A stretch of 64,000 nucleotides of DNA from NCBI GenBank assembly GCA_001643675.2, contig LSRY02000046.1, positions 186,001-250,000 of the forward strand, given 5' to 3'. Positions 23,620 to 37,000 of the stretch are shown here, piece by piece (position 1 is the first letter of the stretch; each line of letters begins with the position of its first letter). A model generated the notes under the pieces. It saw only the letters and a program-made list of their open reading frames with translations, ran no database searches and was not told the origin of the DNA. The position numbers and the translations under genes are program-made. Source of the DNA: Monocercomonoides exilis PA203 (Eukaryota; Protista; Preaxostyla).

Positions 23620-24655
23620 ATGAGTTTGAATATTAAAAAAGAAAGCTTGGAGAAGGTGAGGGCGTGTATTGTTTTGTGTTGCCTGCTGAAAAGGCGCATT
23701 TTAAAACAACATTTAGCGAGTCTTTGTGGATATGCCGCCTCTGGACAGCGCGGAGCAGACTGCACAAGAAAGAGTGAATGTATGCTGACCTTTTTCCCAC
23801 AGAACTGTTTCTGTGCATTTTATGCCTTTGCAGGTTATTTTTCGGCCAGATGCAAAATATGAGCGGCACACGCAGGTGGACGAGCCGAAAATGGAAGACA
23901 TGTCTGCCGCAACATTTTTGAATTGACTTTTTTTGAATGGTTGTCTATTGTCATGCAACGCCCAAATCATTTGAAAAAAAATTTTTTTTATGAAATTCAC
24001 AAAATAATATTCACTGCACAACATGTGATGGGATCATTGGAATGAACTGCACACAGATCTCTGCCTAAGCTTTATGCAGCTTCTGGATGTCTTTCAGCAG
24101 CAAGCTTCTGTGCGGCAACTGCGCAGCTGGTTGGGGATGTTCCGTTTCACGAGATATTTCTGAGCTATCCAAGGGAAAGCTGAGCAAGACGTTTTGGCGC
24201 AGTGAGCGCCATTGTTTGAGAATCTCTGGCTCAAGAGTTTATGATAAATGAAGTTGCACAGGAAGTGGAAAGAAAGAGCGAAGCAAGTGGAATTCAAGAG
24301 AAAAAGATGTATTTTTTATCAATCATGAATTGCTGAACAGATGGAACTAGATTTTGGTAGAATCTGTTTGCTTGTTTGATTTGTTATCTTTTTTATTTGT
24401 TCTTTAAAATTATGTGCGAATGTATTTTTGCATTCATTTTTTCCTTTCTTTTGTGAAGTATTGATTTTAGGATTTGATGATTGCAAAGAAAAAGATGATA
24501 AACCATTGACGGAAAGGATTGCTACTGGAATGCATTTGCATGATATATTTCAACATGCTTTGGCTGATATCAAGCGAAAGACGGCTTTGAAGAAGGTGCA
24601 GCGGATGAGAGGAGACACATATGAATGGCGCTTCCTTTTTTTTTTCCACCATTGA
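23620..24655 (+). pseudogene. Small multi-exon gene of unknown function, probably decayed
   Basis: Plausible exons 23620-23655, 23717-23779, 23834-23901 and 24057-~24308 join in phase (MSLNIKKESLEK-RVFVDMPPLDSAEQTAQERVN-VIFRPDAKYERH...). The fourth exon has in-frame TGA at 24181 and 24217. A further exon-like stretch lies at 24471-24655. Confidence 0.45.
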
Positions 24656-25023
24656 ACACAGCCGGATAATTGAAGAGAAAGAAGTATGTCTGATTTGATG
24701 ATTGTTGTTGTTGATTGATAAGTTTGCATGTTGATAAGTGAATTTTCATTTTCGCTTTCATCTTCGTTTTTCAAAAGCTTGCAAAATTTCTCACAAAGCT
24801 CTCACATTTTTCAATGGTTATATTTTATTTGTTTTTCTTTTATAATTTGCATTTTTTCTTTTTCAATGTAATTTTTTTAAATTATTATTTGTGATTCAAG
24901 AGAAAATAAATCCATCTTTTGCTTCATTCACCATTTTTTGAATTAATTATTTTGATAAAAATATTACATGAAGATCACAGAAAGAAAAGAAAAAATTTGA
25001 ATTCAAAAAGTGAACAAAAGGTG

Positions 25024-28000
25024 ATGCGCCTTAGCTCAGGAAAGAATGCAAGAATGCTCTGTTTGCTGCTTCTGGTGGTAATAGCTGGATGCGAGGGGAA
25101 GGAGAGTGTATCAGAAAGAGCAGAAAATGAGAAAAAGGCCAGCATTGAAAGAAAGGGGTTTTGTTGTGCAAAATGGGTTGAAGGCGAAAAAGAAGAAATA
25201 TCAAAGAGCCGCTTTGAGAAGGAGAGAAAGAAATTGGAAATGTGCGAAGGAAATGTGGCAGAAAAAGAGAAAAAAGAGTTTTTTGAAATTTCGAAAGAAC
25301 AAAAGGCAAAGGTCAATAGAGAATTCAGTAAGGGAAATGAAGATATTTGTGCAATGAATGGTTTTTCAATATTTTTGGGAAAGGAGATGAATGGAAAAAG
25401 TCAGATTTGCGCATGCACATTTGTTGTGAATTCATCTGTTTCAATGAGCTATGTGCAGATTTGTGGAATGAAAGAGTTATTCTTGTTTGAAATTGAAGAA
25501 AAATCTGAGTTGGCGCTGTTGGATGCAGAAGTTGCAGTTTTATAGTCCGATGTTTCTCCATTTAGACTTTTTGGAGGAAGGGTGCTTTTGGTGAATATCA
25601 GCACGAGAGCAGGAAATGTTTGTGGGAAGATGCCATCTTTGTTTGATCGTCCAAGGAATGTGGAGCAAGAGGGATTTGATGGAGAAGTGAGTGTGGAAGA
25701 TTGTTTGTTTGGCTCGTTGAGATTGGGAACTGGAGCTCCATTCCTTGTTGGGGGAACAGTGGGAACTTTGGAAGTGAGCCAGACGAGATTTGAAAATATC
25801 ACCGGAGAGGGATGGCAGAAAGGCAGGCAAGGAGATTGGCATGGATGTGAAACAACAATGGGGAGTGTTGTTTTTGTGAATGTTGATGATGTGGTTGATG
25901 GAGCGATAACAGAATCAATAAATGAGCCTTCATCGTTTCTGTTGTCGTTCAACTGCTCTTTTGAGCATTGCATGCGGAAGTCAAACAAATATGCAGATTA
26001 CAAGGGAGAAGATGGAAGGATTGTTGTTGGAGGATCTGCATCGTTTGAGGATGACACATTCACAGGATGCAGAGCGGACGAGGGGAAAGGAGGGGCGCTA
26101 TTTGTCAAGTCATCTGAAGTGTCACTGAACGTGATGCGATGCAGTTTCACGAGCTGTTATGCATTGAGCAATGGTGGTGCTATTCATGCAGATCCAGTGA
26201 AAAGTGTGATTATCGTTGAATCGTTATTTCTTAATAACTCTGCAGAAAATGGAGGAGGAAGCTATTACGTTCATAATAATTATGATGGCTTATTGTTGAC
26301 AGGCTGTATGTTCAAGGCAAATCAGGTTGGCAAAGATGGAAGAGGAAGTGCAATCAATTATAACGATTACACCACACGTCCATTTGGGGGATGCATTGGA
26401 GCAGACGATGGAAACGGAGCTCAAGCACAAATAATGGATTGTCAATTTGTGAATTGCACAAACAAAGGTTCATTTGGTGCACTGATGTCATGGTCTCATA
26501 CAGCATATTATGCAATGAGAAGTTGTCAATTTGTGAAATGCACGAGTGAAAGAGAAGGCGGAGCAATTCGCCATCATATCGTTCAATGCCCTGGAAATCA
26601 AATGAATAAAAAAATGTTTTTCTTTATGCTTTTCCACGAATGCTCTTGCATCGATATTGAAAGTCCTTTTGGACATGATATGTGCATTCATCAAACGTAT
26701 CCAGATGTAAATGTTACACCGGGTCCACTGAAGGAATGCTATTCCACAAACACAAACGAAAAACGATTTTATTGGTCTACTACAGGAAAATACGAAAGTG
26801 ACTGGCTGCCAACGTCGAAAGTTCAGATTACAAGCTGTTTTGTTGCAACAAATGGGAATGATACGGAGCAATTGTGTGGATTGAAGGAAGAAGCAGGGTG
26901 CCGAACAATTAGGCATTCGTTTGGAAAGTGCATGACACAGTTTGAGGCGAAGATATATGTTGGAAGCGGAAAGCACTTGTCTGAGGAAGGAGAAATCGGA
27001 GTTGGTAGTCGATGTGTTTGTGTGTGCGGAGAGGGTGTGGATAAGACAGTTATCAGCACTGGGAAGATGACAAACGGAAGAAGCCTGTTTTGTGTGGGAA
27101 GTGGAAGCATGCGATTGAGATCGTTGGCGATTGAGCATTCGCATGCCAAGATGAGGATTGGAGTGGTATTGATCAATGGAGGAGGGAAAGTGGAGATGAG
27201 GCGGATGGAAGTGCGAGGATCTGAATGGAGTTCTGGAATGAGTGGATTTGAAGTGGGTCTGTTTGGAATAGAAGCTGGAGGTGGGGAGTTGGAGATGGAA
27301 CACGTTGTGGTTTCTGGGGTGTTCATGGGAAATATTGGAGTTCTGGGGCAGGCGCGCGGGTCAAAGGTGAATTTGTCGAATGTGGAGTTTTTGAATGTTG
27401 TTCGGCTGGAGGGAGACGGGAGCGTGATGTCTCGAGTGTTGTGTTTTGAAGAAGAGCTTGAAATAACAAATGTGACGATGAGAAGGTGCCGATGTGAGAG
27501 CGGGGATGGAGGAGGGATAAGAGTGGAGATGGGAACAGGATCGAAAGTGAGAGTTGGGAAGGGGCTGGAAACGGTGTTTGAGGAGTGCAGAGCAAGCAAG
27601 GGAGGAAGTGGAGGAGGCCATGGAGGAGGAGTGATTCTGGAGCTGAAGGAAGGGGCAGAAGACTTTGTGCTGGAAAAAGTGAGGTTTTCAGGGTGCAGCG
27701 CGAGTGTAGGAGGGACGATGGTGTTTATAAAGGCACACAAGCTGAAGGAAGTGGTGAACCGAGAGCGACTGAAGTTCCAGGCTGACGAATGGAATCTGAC
27801 CGATCTGTGTGGATTTGAAGGCAGCGACGAAGAGAATGTGATCCCGTTGGTTGTGTATCTTCGGGAGAAGCCTTTGGAATACTTTGTTGGGGGAACAAAC
27901 AAAAAGGACTGGGAGATCTGTGGGTTTGTGGACATGCAGTGCATGAGTGTGGACTATGCGATTGAGACGCATGGGAGTGCGTCTGGGGTAACAGTTGTGG

Positions 28001-31000
28001 CGAGCCACGGTGCAGTGCTGAAGAAGGATGTTTTGGTGTCGAGGGGGACGGTTGTAGCGAAAGGACAGACATCGCAGCCTCGAGTGGAGATAGAAAGGAA
28101 CGAGAATGGGGCGGCAGATGGGATGATCACGACGAGGGCAAAAGCATCGTTTGTGAATCTTCTGATGTCTATTCCAGGGAGTGTGGGAGCAGGGAGATGT
28201 CTGATGATGTGCGAAAGCGGGAGTCTGGAAGTGCAGCAGTGCAAGTTTGAAGGAAGAGAAGGGCCGAACATTGGGTATGTTCTGGTGATGTGCAGTGGAG
28301 GTAGTGTGAATGTGAAGCAGCTTCGGATTGATGGGCTGAGTTTTGAGGGGAGGTGTGTGATAGGGGTGGAAGGTGCAGGAGGAGGGGTGATGTGCCAGGG
28401 GAACATCACAGGAGGAAGAGTGGCATGCGCTGGTGGAATGGTGTGGCATGGATCGAGTGGGGAGTTTCTGGTGGAGCAGACTGTGTTTGAGGGAGTGGAG
28501 GTTGAGGATGGTGGAATATTGGTTGGGGAGGGAGGGAGGAGGCTGGAGGTCAGAGAGTGCACATTCAGTGGGATAGGGAGCAAAGGAGGAGATGGGAGTG
28601 GGATAAGGTGTGTGATTGGAGAAGGGGAAGAGGGAAGAGTTTGGAACAACAGTTTCATTGGGTGCATTGCAAGGAATGGATGTGGAGGTGGGGCGTCTGT
28701 GGAGATTAGTGGAGGAGGGGTGTTTGAGATGGGAAGGAGTGAGAGCGAAACAACGATTGAAAAGTGTGAGAGCAAGAGAGGGGAAGGTGCAGATGGGGAG
28801 AGTGGGGTTGGTGGGTTTGGAGGAGGTTTGTTTGTGAAGTGTGTGGGGGATGGTGGATATGGGTACGAGGTGAGAGATGTTGTGTTTGGGGAGGAAGCAG
28901 CAGCAAACAAGGCAGAATGCGGGGGAGACAATATATTTGTATGGGGAGAGGATCTTATGAAGGCCGTTGGAGGAGGGCAGCTTGTGAATGTGGTGAAGAC
29001 AGATCGAGGAAGAGACCATGAAGCGATGGGGTTTGAAGGGGAAGAGGAGAGATATGTGATTCCACTTTTATTTTATTTTGCCAGTGTTGAAGGTGTGGCA
29101 GGGTTTGTTGGAGGAGAGAATGCACGAGATTTCAGTGTGTGTGGGTTTGAAGGGTATGGGTGCAGGACGATCGAGAAGCTTGTGTCATTGCGATTCAAAG
29201 AGGGGAGGAAGCAGATTATTGTGGAGGAAGGGTTTCTGTGGGAAGAGGAAGTGGAGATGAGCGGAGAGAAATGGGATGTGCGGTGTGTCAGAAAAGGAAC
29301 GCAGGTGGTAGTGGTTGCTGGAGATGGAAACAGAGAAAAAGGAATTGTGAAGACGAGCACAGAGACACAGATAACGAACTGCACAATGTGTGTGCCAGGA
29401 TCTCTTGGCAGGGCAGGGTGTTTGATCGAAAGTGTTGGAGGGGGTTTGGGGATGAAATGGTGTGGAATTCGGTTTGTGTCAGAAAGTGCAGGGTATGTGG
29501 TGTTGTATCAGCTGGTGAATGTTGAAGGAGGAAAAGTGTGTCTGGAGGAGTTTGTGATTGAGGGGAGCGGAGAAGTGGAGTTTGGTGTTGTGCCGTTTGC
29601 TGTTGAGGAGGCGAGGAAGATGGTTGTGAACAACAGTGTGTTTGGGAGAGTTGTGCACAGTGGCAGTGATGGAGGATGCTTAGAAGTGTTGAGCAGGGGC
29701 AATGAGAGGGAGGAAGTGTGTGTGGAAAATAGCACATTTGAGAGTGGATGCGAAGGAGAAGGAGGAGTTCGAGGAGGAGGGATGATGGTCTGTGAAGGTT
29801 CGTGTGCAAGTGTGCTGATGAAGAAAGCAAAGTTTCTGTGGTGCAATGTGCCAGATGGAGAAGGAGAAAGGGAAAGAGGACTTGGAGGAGGAATGTTCAT
29901 ATTGTGTTGCGAGGAGACATGTGATTTTGTGTTGGAGGGAGTGGAGTTCAGTGGATGCAAAGGATGGATGGGGAGAAATGTGTTTGTTGATGGGAAGGAT
30001 CTGAGGGAAATTGTGAAGAAGGAGAGGTTTGCTTTTGAGAGAGAAGGAATGGAGCTGAGAGATCTGATGGGGTATGAGAGAATGACAACGGATGAAAGAT
30101 TTGGGATTCCGCTTGAGGCGTATCTGGATGAATTTGTGGGGAGTGGGTATGTTGGAGGAGCAGAGGATTTTGGGTTTGATCATTCAGGGTGTGGAGTTGT
30201 GTACGCACCATGCGAGACGATTGGAGGAGTGGTGAAGATTCGATTTGCTGGATCAAGCGTGGAAACTGCAGAGATAATTGTCATGGGATCTTTCGAGCTG
30301 AAAAACCATGAATCGGTGGGATTGCAGAGGGTGAGCTTGAAAGAGGTTGAGACGGAAAGATTAACAAATGTGGTGGTGAGTGGAGAAGGAGAAGGGGAAG
30401 GAGAAGGAGAAGGGCTTGTGGAAACAACGGTGAATGTGGTGATGGCGAATTTGTCGTTTTCGATTCCATCGAGATTCATAAAAGTGAAAAGGGGTTGCCT
30501 GTTTGCCTGCAAAGGAGAAGTGTTGGAGATGAAGAGGTGCAGTGTGCAGCAAAGAATGCCCACAGAAAAAGTTGAGTTTTGTGTGTTGAAGGCGATTGGG
30601 GGAAAGGTGGAGGTTCGGGGGATGAGGATGGAGAAGATGAGTTTTGGAGGAGTGGAAGTGTTTGAGGTGAGGAGAGGGGAAGGAGTGTTTTTGGAGTTGG
30701 AAATGGAGGATATGAGGAGCGAAGCAGAATGTGGACTGATTTTGGCGAGTGTGGATTCGGTGCTGATGATGGAAAACAGTTCAGTGGATGAGATCGTGGT
30801 GGATGGTGGGTGTGTGTTGGAGTTTGATTCTGGGGCAGAGGTGACAGTTCGGAACAGCAGCTTGACGAATGTGACTCGGAGGAGTGGGGATGGAGGGGTG
30901 TTTGCAGGGAGGGTCGGGGAGGAGAAAAAAGTGGAGGTGAAGAACTGCACAGTGATGGAAGGGAAGTGTGTGGGGAATCCGTCAAATGGAGGAGGTGTGA

Positions 31001-34000
31001 TGGTGAGTGTGGGAAGGAAGGGGAAGTTTGTGTTTGACTTGAACAGAGTGGAGAAGTGTGCAGTGGTGGGAAATAAGGGATATGGAGGAGGGGTGTTTGT
31101 GAAGTTTGAGGATGTGGAGGCGGGATACTCGATGAAGGGGGATGTGTTCAAAGAGAATGCTGCAGCAAAGGGGATTGATGTGTTTGTTGTGAGCGGTGCC
31201 CCGGATGTGATGCTGCGGGAGGATCTGTGGATGGGGTCAGTGGATGAAGAGAGCACTCCAGAGGAGAATGTGTGGGTGGTGGATTCGTTGACAGACACAG
31301 TGATTGATCTGTCGGTGAAGAAGTATCTGTTCCCGTCTGAGGGGATGATTGTGTTTATTGAGGCAGGGAGGAGCACAATGGCAGACACCTGTGGAAGCGA
31401 GGTGTCACCGTGTGACAAGTTTGCAGATGGGTTTGGGCACATGGGAAACGACAAAACAACGATCCAGATCAACAACGAAAACAGCATTGAGAGCGAGATC
31501 AACCGAAAAGGGATATCGCTGGCTGTTCGGGGGAGAAGTGGGGAGAGTCTTTTGGAATTTGTGGAATGGGGGTGCTTTGTTCAAGATGAGGGAGATGGAC
31601 AAACAACACTGTCATTGAACAGATTGAGGTTCAAGCTGCCAAGGGTTGGAGGAGAAGGAAACAGCGGGTCATTGCGAGTGAGTGTTGGGATGATGATGGT
31701 TATGAACTGCAAGTTTGGGGCAGGAGGTGGAGAAAAGGAGGAGACGGGAATGAGGATTGTGGAGGAGATTGGAGGAGAAGTGCGAATGGAGCAGGTTGTT
31801 GTGGAAGGGATGATATTCTCAGGGGAAGGAGGGATTGGGGCTGTGAAAGGCGGAGTGTTTCACATGAACAACACGAACATATCGAAGATTGTTGGAAAGG
31901 GGAGGAGTCTGATTGAAGGGGAAGAAGGGATTGAGTTTGGGATGTGGAGAGGGAATATTGTGGATGTGGATGTGGAGCGAGGAGGGGTGATGGAGATGAA
32001 GAAGGCGCAGCGTGTTGAGATTGAGGAAGGGAATGTGTTTAATGGGTGCAGATCGGTGTTTGGGGATGGAGGAGGGATGAAATGGGAGGTGGATGAGGGG
32101 GGAAGTTTTGAGTTTGTGAATGGAGAGGTGGAGCAGTGTAGTGTGAATGGTGAGAGTGGGAGAGGGGGAGGGGTTTTTGTGTATGTGGACAACAGGACGA
32201 GTGGGATGATCCGTTTTGAGGGGATTGCGTTTCTGCAGAACTCGGGAGCATATGGGAGAGATATGTTTTTGGATTGCAGGGACTTGAACGAAACTGTGAC
32301 TGCAGAGAGATTTGGGCTGCATGTGACGAACGAAGAAGGAAGAGAAATAGTGGATATGCAGGGAGTGGACAGAGTGAGATTTGTGGAGAGGCATGTGGAC
32401 TTGTGTGTGTTTCTTGTGGAGTGGAAGTGGAGGGAGGTGCATGTGAGCGAGGAAGGGTGTGATATGGTGGGGTGTGGGAATGGGAGTTTGCCATGCAAGA
32501 GTTTGTGGAGAGGATTGAATAACGTTGATCGGGATGGGAGTGAAGGCGGGAGAATCAAGATCAAAGGAAGAGCCAAAGTGGGAGACTGGGAGGATGTTTC
32601 AGGGATTGTTGTTGAATCAGGTGTTGAAGGAGAAGTGTGTGTTGTGGAGGTTGGGATGGAAGTGGAAGGAGGAGATGGGAAATGGGTGTTTGAGAACAGG
32701 AAGATAGCAGGGTTTGAGCGAGTGGAGTTTTGTCTTCCTGATGTGTTGGAAAGGGGGCAAGAAGCTGTGATGTATTCTGAAAGTGAGAGTGGAGTATTGA
32801 GCATTCACGAATGTCTGTTTGTGCTTGGGGATTTGGATGGTGTGGGATATGGAGTGCTGAAGACGAAGGGTGGGAGTGTTCATATGGTTTCGTGCACGAT
32901 TGAGAGTGGGAGGTTTTCAGTGTGCCCGTTTTATATCTGTTCGTGTGGGGTGTTTGAAGAGTGCAGAATCGTGGGGATGAAGAGGCGAGATGGGAAGGAA
33001 GGGGGAGGATTGAAGGCGACGTTGGCAGATGCACAAATACTGATGCTGAACAGAACAGATGGATGGGAGTGTGAGTGCTCTGCGACGAGTGGGCGTGGTG
33101 GGTTTCTGTTTGTGGACAGTCTTTCATCGGTGGCAGAGCAGCCATTTCAGCTGAAGGATGTGAGCTTGAAGGGGAATCAGGCATACAGAGGAAAGAGTGT
33201 GTTTGTGGTTGGAGGAGATCTGAACAAGTGTGTGACAGGAGATTCGTTTGCATTTGACTTGTCAGGGTTGATGGGGAGCGAGAATGAGTTTGTGGGAAAG
33301 GAAGGGAGAGAAGAGGGGGCAGATGAGAGGGATCTGCTGCGATATGTAGTGGGATACAGCTCGAAGAAGATTTTTGTTTGTGGGAGTGGAGAAGATGTGA
33401 AGAGGTGTGGGAGCGAGGATGATCCGTGCTTTTCGATGCGGAAAGTGATGGGGCAGCTTGAGAACACAAGAGAGATGAAAGAGGTGGTTGTGATGGAGCT
33501 TGGGAGAGTGGAGGATGAATGGGACTTGGCGAATGTGACATGGAGGGGAGGTGGAAGGGAAGATGAAGAGGAAAGCAAAGATATGCTGACGTTTTGCGGG
33601 AAGAGCGAAGGAGTCGAGGAGTGGTTTGTGAGATGCGAGGAGTCATTTTGTGTGAAGAATCTGAAGATTGTGATTGGTGAATCTGTTGGGGAAGAGAAGA
33701 AAGAGGTTGTGAGCGGGAGAGGAAAGGCAGTTGAATTTGAGGGATGCAGAGTGGTGAGCGAAGTGCCTGAAAATGGGAGGATCCTGTCTTTTGTGGTTGT
33801 GAGGGCAGGAAGCTTGATGATGAAGAAGGTGACATTTGAGAGAATGAAGATGAGAGGGTCCGGGATTGTGGCATTTGAAGGTGTGAGCTGCTTGCTGGAG
33901 AAAGTGAAGATGGAGTTTGAGACGCATTTTGGAGGAAGTGGGATTGCTGTTGAAGGAGGGAGCAACGGGGCTGAGGAGCATGAGGCAACAAGTGTGGTGA

Positions 34001-37000
34001 TGAACGGAACAGAGTTTGTGATGGTTGAGCGAGAGGATGATGGGCCGAGTGTGATGGAGAGTGTGTGCACCGGAGGTGTGAAAGTGGTGGTGAATGGAAG
34101 TGTGTTTGAATCATGCAAGGCGAGAGGGAGCAGCAAAGGGGGAGGGATGCTGCTGAAGCTGAATGATGGAGGGGATATTCTGGTGAAGGATGGGAGGATT
34201 ATGGAGTGCGAGTGCAGCGAGGCAGTTGGGAGAGGCGGAGGAGTGTATTTGTGGAGTGAGCTTCGGGGAGATCTGGGCTTTGTGTTTGAGGGGGTGAAGT
34301 TGAGTGGAAACAAGGCGCATGTTGGGAGGGATGTGTTTATTGAGTGTGTGAACATCAGCAGGCAGATAAACGAAAGCCAGTTCAAGATGGATCTGCGGGC
34401 AGAGGTGTATATCCGGGGGAACGGGATATATGGGATTGACGAGGTGGAAGAGGAGCCGGTGGACTTGATTGAGCTGATAACGGTGTATCAGTCGTCGACG
34501 ATTGTTGTGTCGAATGTGTTTGGGAAAGGGGGAGGGAACTGGCGGAAGTGCGGGACTGTGGAGCAGCCGTGCTTGTCGGTGGGGTATGGGCTTGAGCATG
34601 TTGTGGCAGGGTTCAACTCGATGGTGGCAGTGGATGGAGAGAGCGAGATCGAGAAAGAGATTGAGATTGGGGATGTTGTGATGCGGCCGAAGAGCTGGGA
34701 GAAGGCGAAGATCACGATTGGTGAGTCTCTTGTGTGCACGCGAGAAGGGGTGATAGAGGTTGGTGGGAAAGTGGTTGTGGAGCTTGTGAGCTTTATGTTT
34801 GGGGAGGTGTTTCCCACAGCACACAAAGTGGTGTTTGACGTGGATCAGGAGTTGATTTCGTTCTCTGAAGTGAGTTTTGGGTCGTTGGAGCCAGAGGCAT
34901 ACGAGTCGGCTGTTCCTGTTCTTGTGAAGTGCACAGGAGGGCAAGTTATGATGAGAAATTGCAAAGTGGAGCATGTTAGTGTTGAGTGGCTGATGTGTTT
35001 TGGAGGAGCTGTGTCGGTGCGCGAGATGGAGATCAAGAGCATTTGTTGCAAATATGGAGGGATTATTGTGAGGGATTGTGAAGGGTTGTTTGGAGATGTG
35101 GAGGTGGAAAACATTAGGATGGATGGAGGATCGTTTTGTGAGATTGAGAACAGGGATGGAGGGAGAGAGATGAAGGTATGTCACTCAAAACTCCTGAATG
35201 TGACAAGCGGATGTGAGAAGGCAGCAGGGATTAGGTGCAGCAATTCACGTGAAGCAACGAGTTTGTCGAACTGCACATTGGTGGGATGCCAGAGCTTGGC
35301 AGGAAAAGGAAATGTGATTCAGGTTTGGATGAGTGAGGGAGTTTTTGTGGATGTGTGCAAAATTAATTTTGGAACTGCAGATGAAGGGCTAAAAACAAAC
35401 ATTATTGAGAGAGAGAAGATTTGTTGGTGGAACGGTTCAGCTGTTGATTTAACTGAGAGCAAGGTGAAAGTTGAAGATACAACGATTGCCGGCTCATCGA
35501 ATGGAGGAATGACAGTGAGTGGAGGATCTGTGTCGATTGAGAAAGGAGAGTTTTTGAATAACAATCCCTCAATTGAAGGATATCCATCACTGAGAAGAAA
35601 CATCATCTGCTCAGATTCAGGAACATTGAATGTGATGAGTTTGAAAGGAGGGGATGGATGGAAGGATAATACATCACTTTGGATGTTGAATGATGGATGC
35701 AGTTTTGAAGGAATTGCTTCCGAAAGGGATTCATCATTCTTCATTCCTGTGTTGGAAAGCGTTGAAGCAAGGGAGAAAGGATAAGAAATGGAGGCGGTGT
35801 TCAAAGGGAAGCTTCTGCTTCCATGCAATCTGTCATTCATGGTTGTGAAGCAAATTGGAGAAGAAAAACAAATTGAAAAATATGGATTTGGTGAAAGTGG
35901 ATTTATATCGGAGACTGCAGCAGAAGGGAGGATGCCAAAGGAAAGGATAAGAGAGGTGGAAGATGAAGCAGAAGTGAGAGTGAGCATCCTGTTTGGGGAT
36001 TCGAATAAGCCATCGACCACTGATTCTTTCATTGTGAAGAACAAAAGCGAAACTCAAGTGAAAGGAAATGGAAAAATCGTTGAAGGAGGAAAAGAAGGAA
36101 AATCATTTTGGCCAATAATTGTTGTTGTTTTGGCTATTGTTCTTTTTATTGTTCTTATTGCATCTATTGTTCTTGTTGTTCGATGGAGAAAACAAAAGAG
36201 AAGAACTGAAGAACTGGAAGAGATTGTGAACGATAACATCAGAAAAGATCCGAAGGCATTTGAGATGGTGACAATGGAAATGTCTCCAGAGGGGCAGTGG
36301 CGAAGAGCAGAGAGGGAGGCGGAGAAGAAGAATGAAGAGAGGATAAAGAAGAGGGCGAATGAGAAAAGCTTGGGTCATTCAGAATCATCGGAGCATCTTC
36401 TATCTGAGAGCGGCTCCACTGAATACATCCTTGGAAGGGATTCAGACAAGATTCCTGAATGGATGCTGGAAAAAGTTGAGGAAAAAGAAGATATTTCGAG
36501 AAAACGAACTCCCTCACCATCCATTTCATCCACTTCAACAACGGACACTTCAGACTCAGATTCAACTTTTGTTCGTGGGGAGGATTTGTGTCCAACCACC
36601 TCGTCGATGTCGAATCTGGTGGATGCAATGGCATGTTCATCGCCTCACGAGAAGCTGATTGTGGATTTGAGAGATTCGCTGTTCATGCTGCTTCATGGAA
36701 GGAATGAGAAGAAGGAGATGGCAATAGGAACTCTTGAAGAGAGGGAGATAACAGCTGCTCAGATCCTGTTCTGGGTGGCCAATCTTGCCCTCCACTCATT
36801 TGAAGAATGTGAAGTTCCACTTCAGTCACTGACAAATCTGAGCCCTCACATTGTTTTGTTCTCAGAACATATGGTGATCTGTGTTGCCCTCCACTCGGAC
36901 TGCTCTTCTTCAGATTCAGACTCATCATCCATCTCTTCATCAACGATTGTGACGTCTGCAAGTGACGATGACAGTGACTCCCTTCCTTCCTCAGCGTTTG

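Noticed and set aside
26488-35184. Many long minus-strand ORFs (up to 517 aa) rich in Pro/Ser/Thr/His
   Set aside because: Antisense shadows of the G-rich receptor coding strand; no recognisable domains.
25543-35784. TAA/TAG reassigned to Gln (as in some metamonads) to explain the receptor's stops
   Set aside because: Dynein has no in-frame TAR in 5,584 codons, and dynein, ferritin (TAA) and the C2 gene (TAG) end at TAR where their proteins should end.
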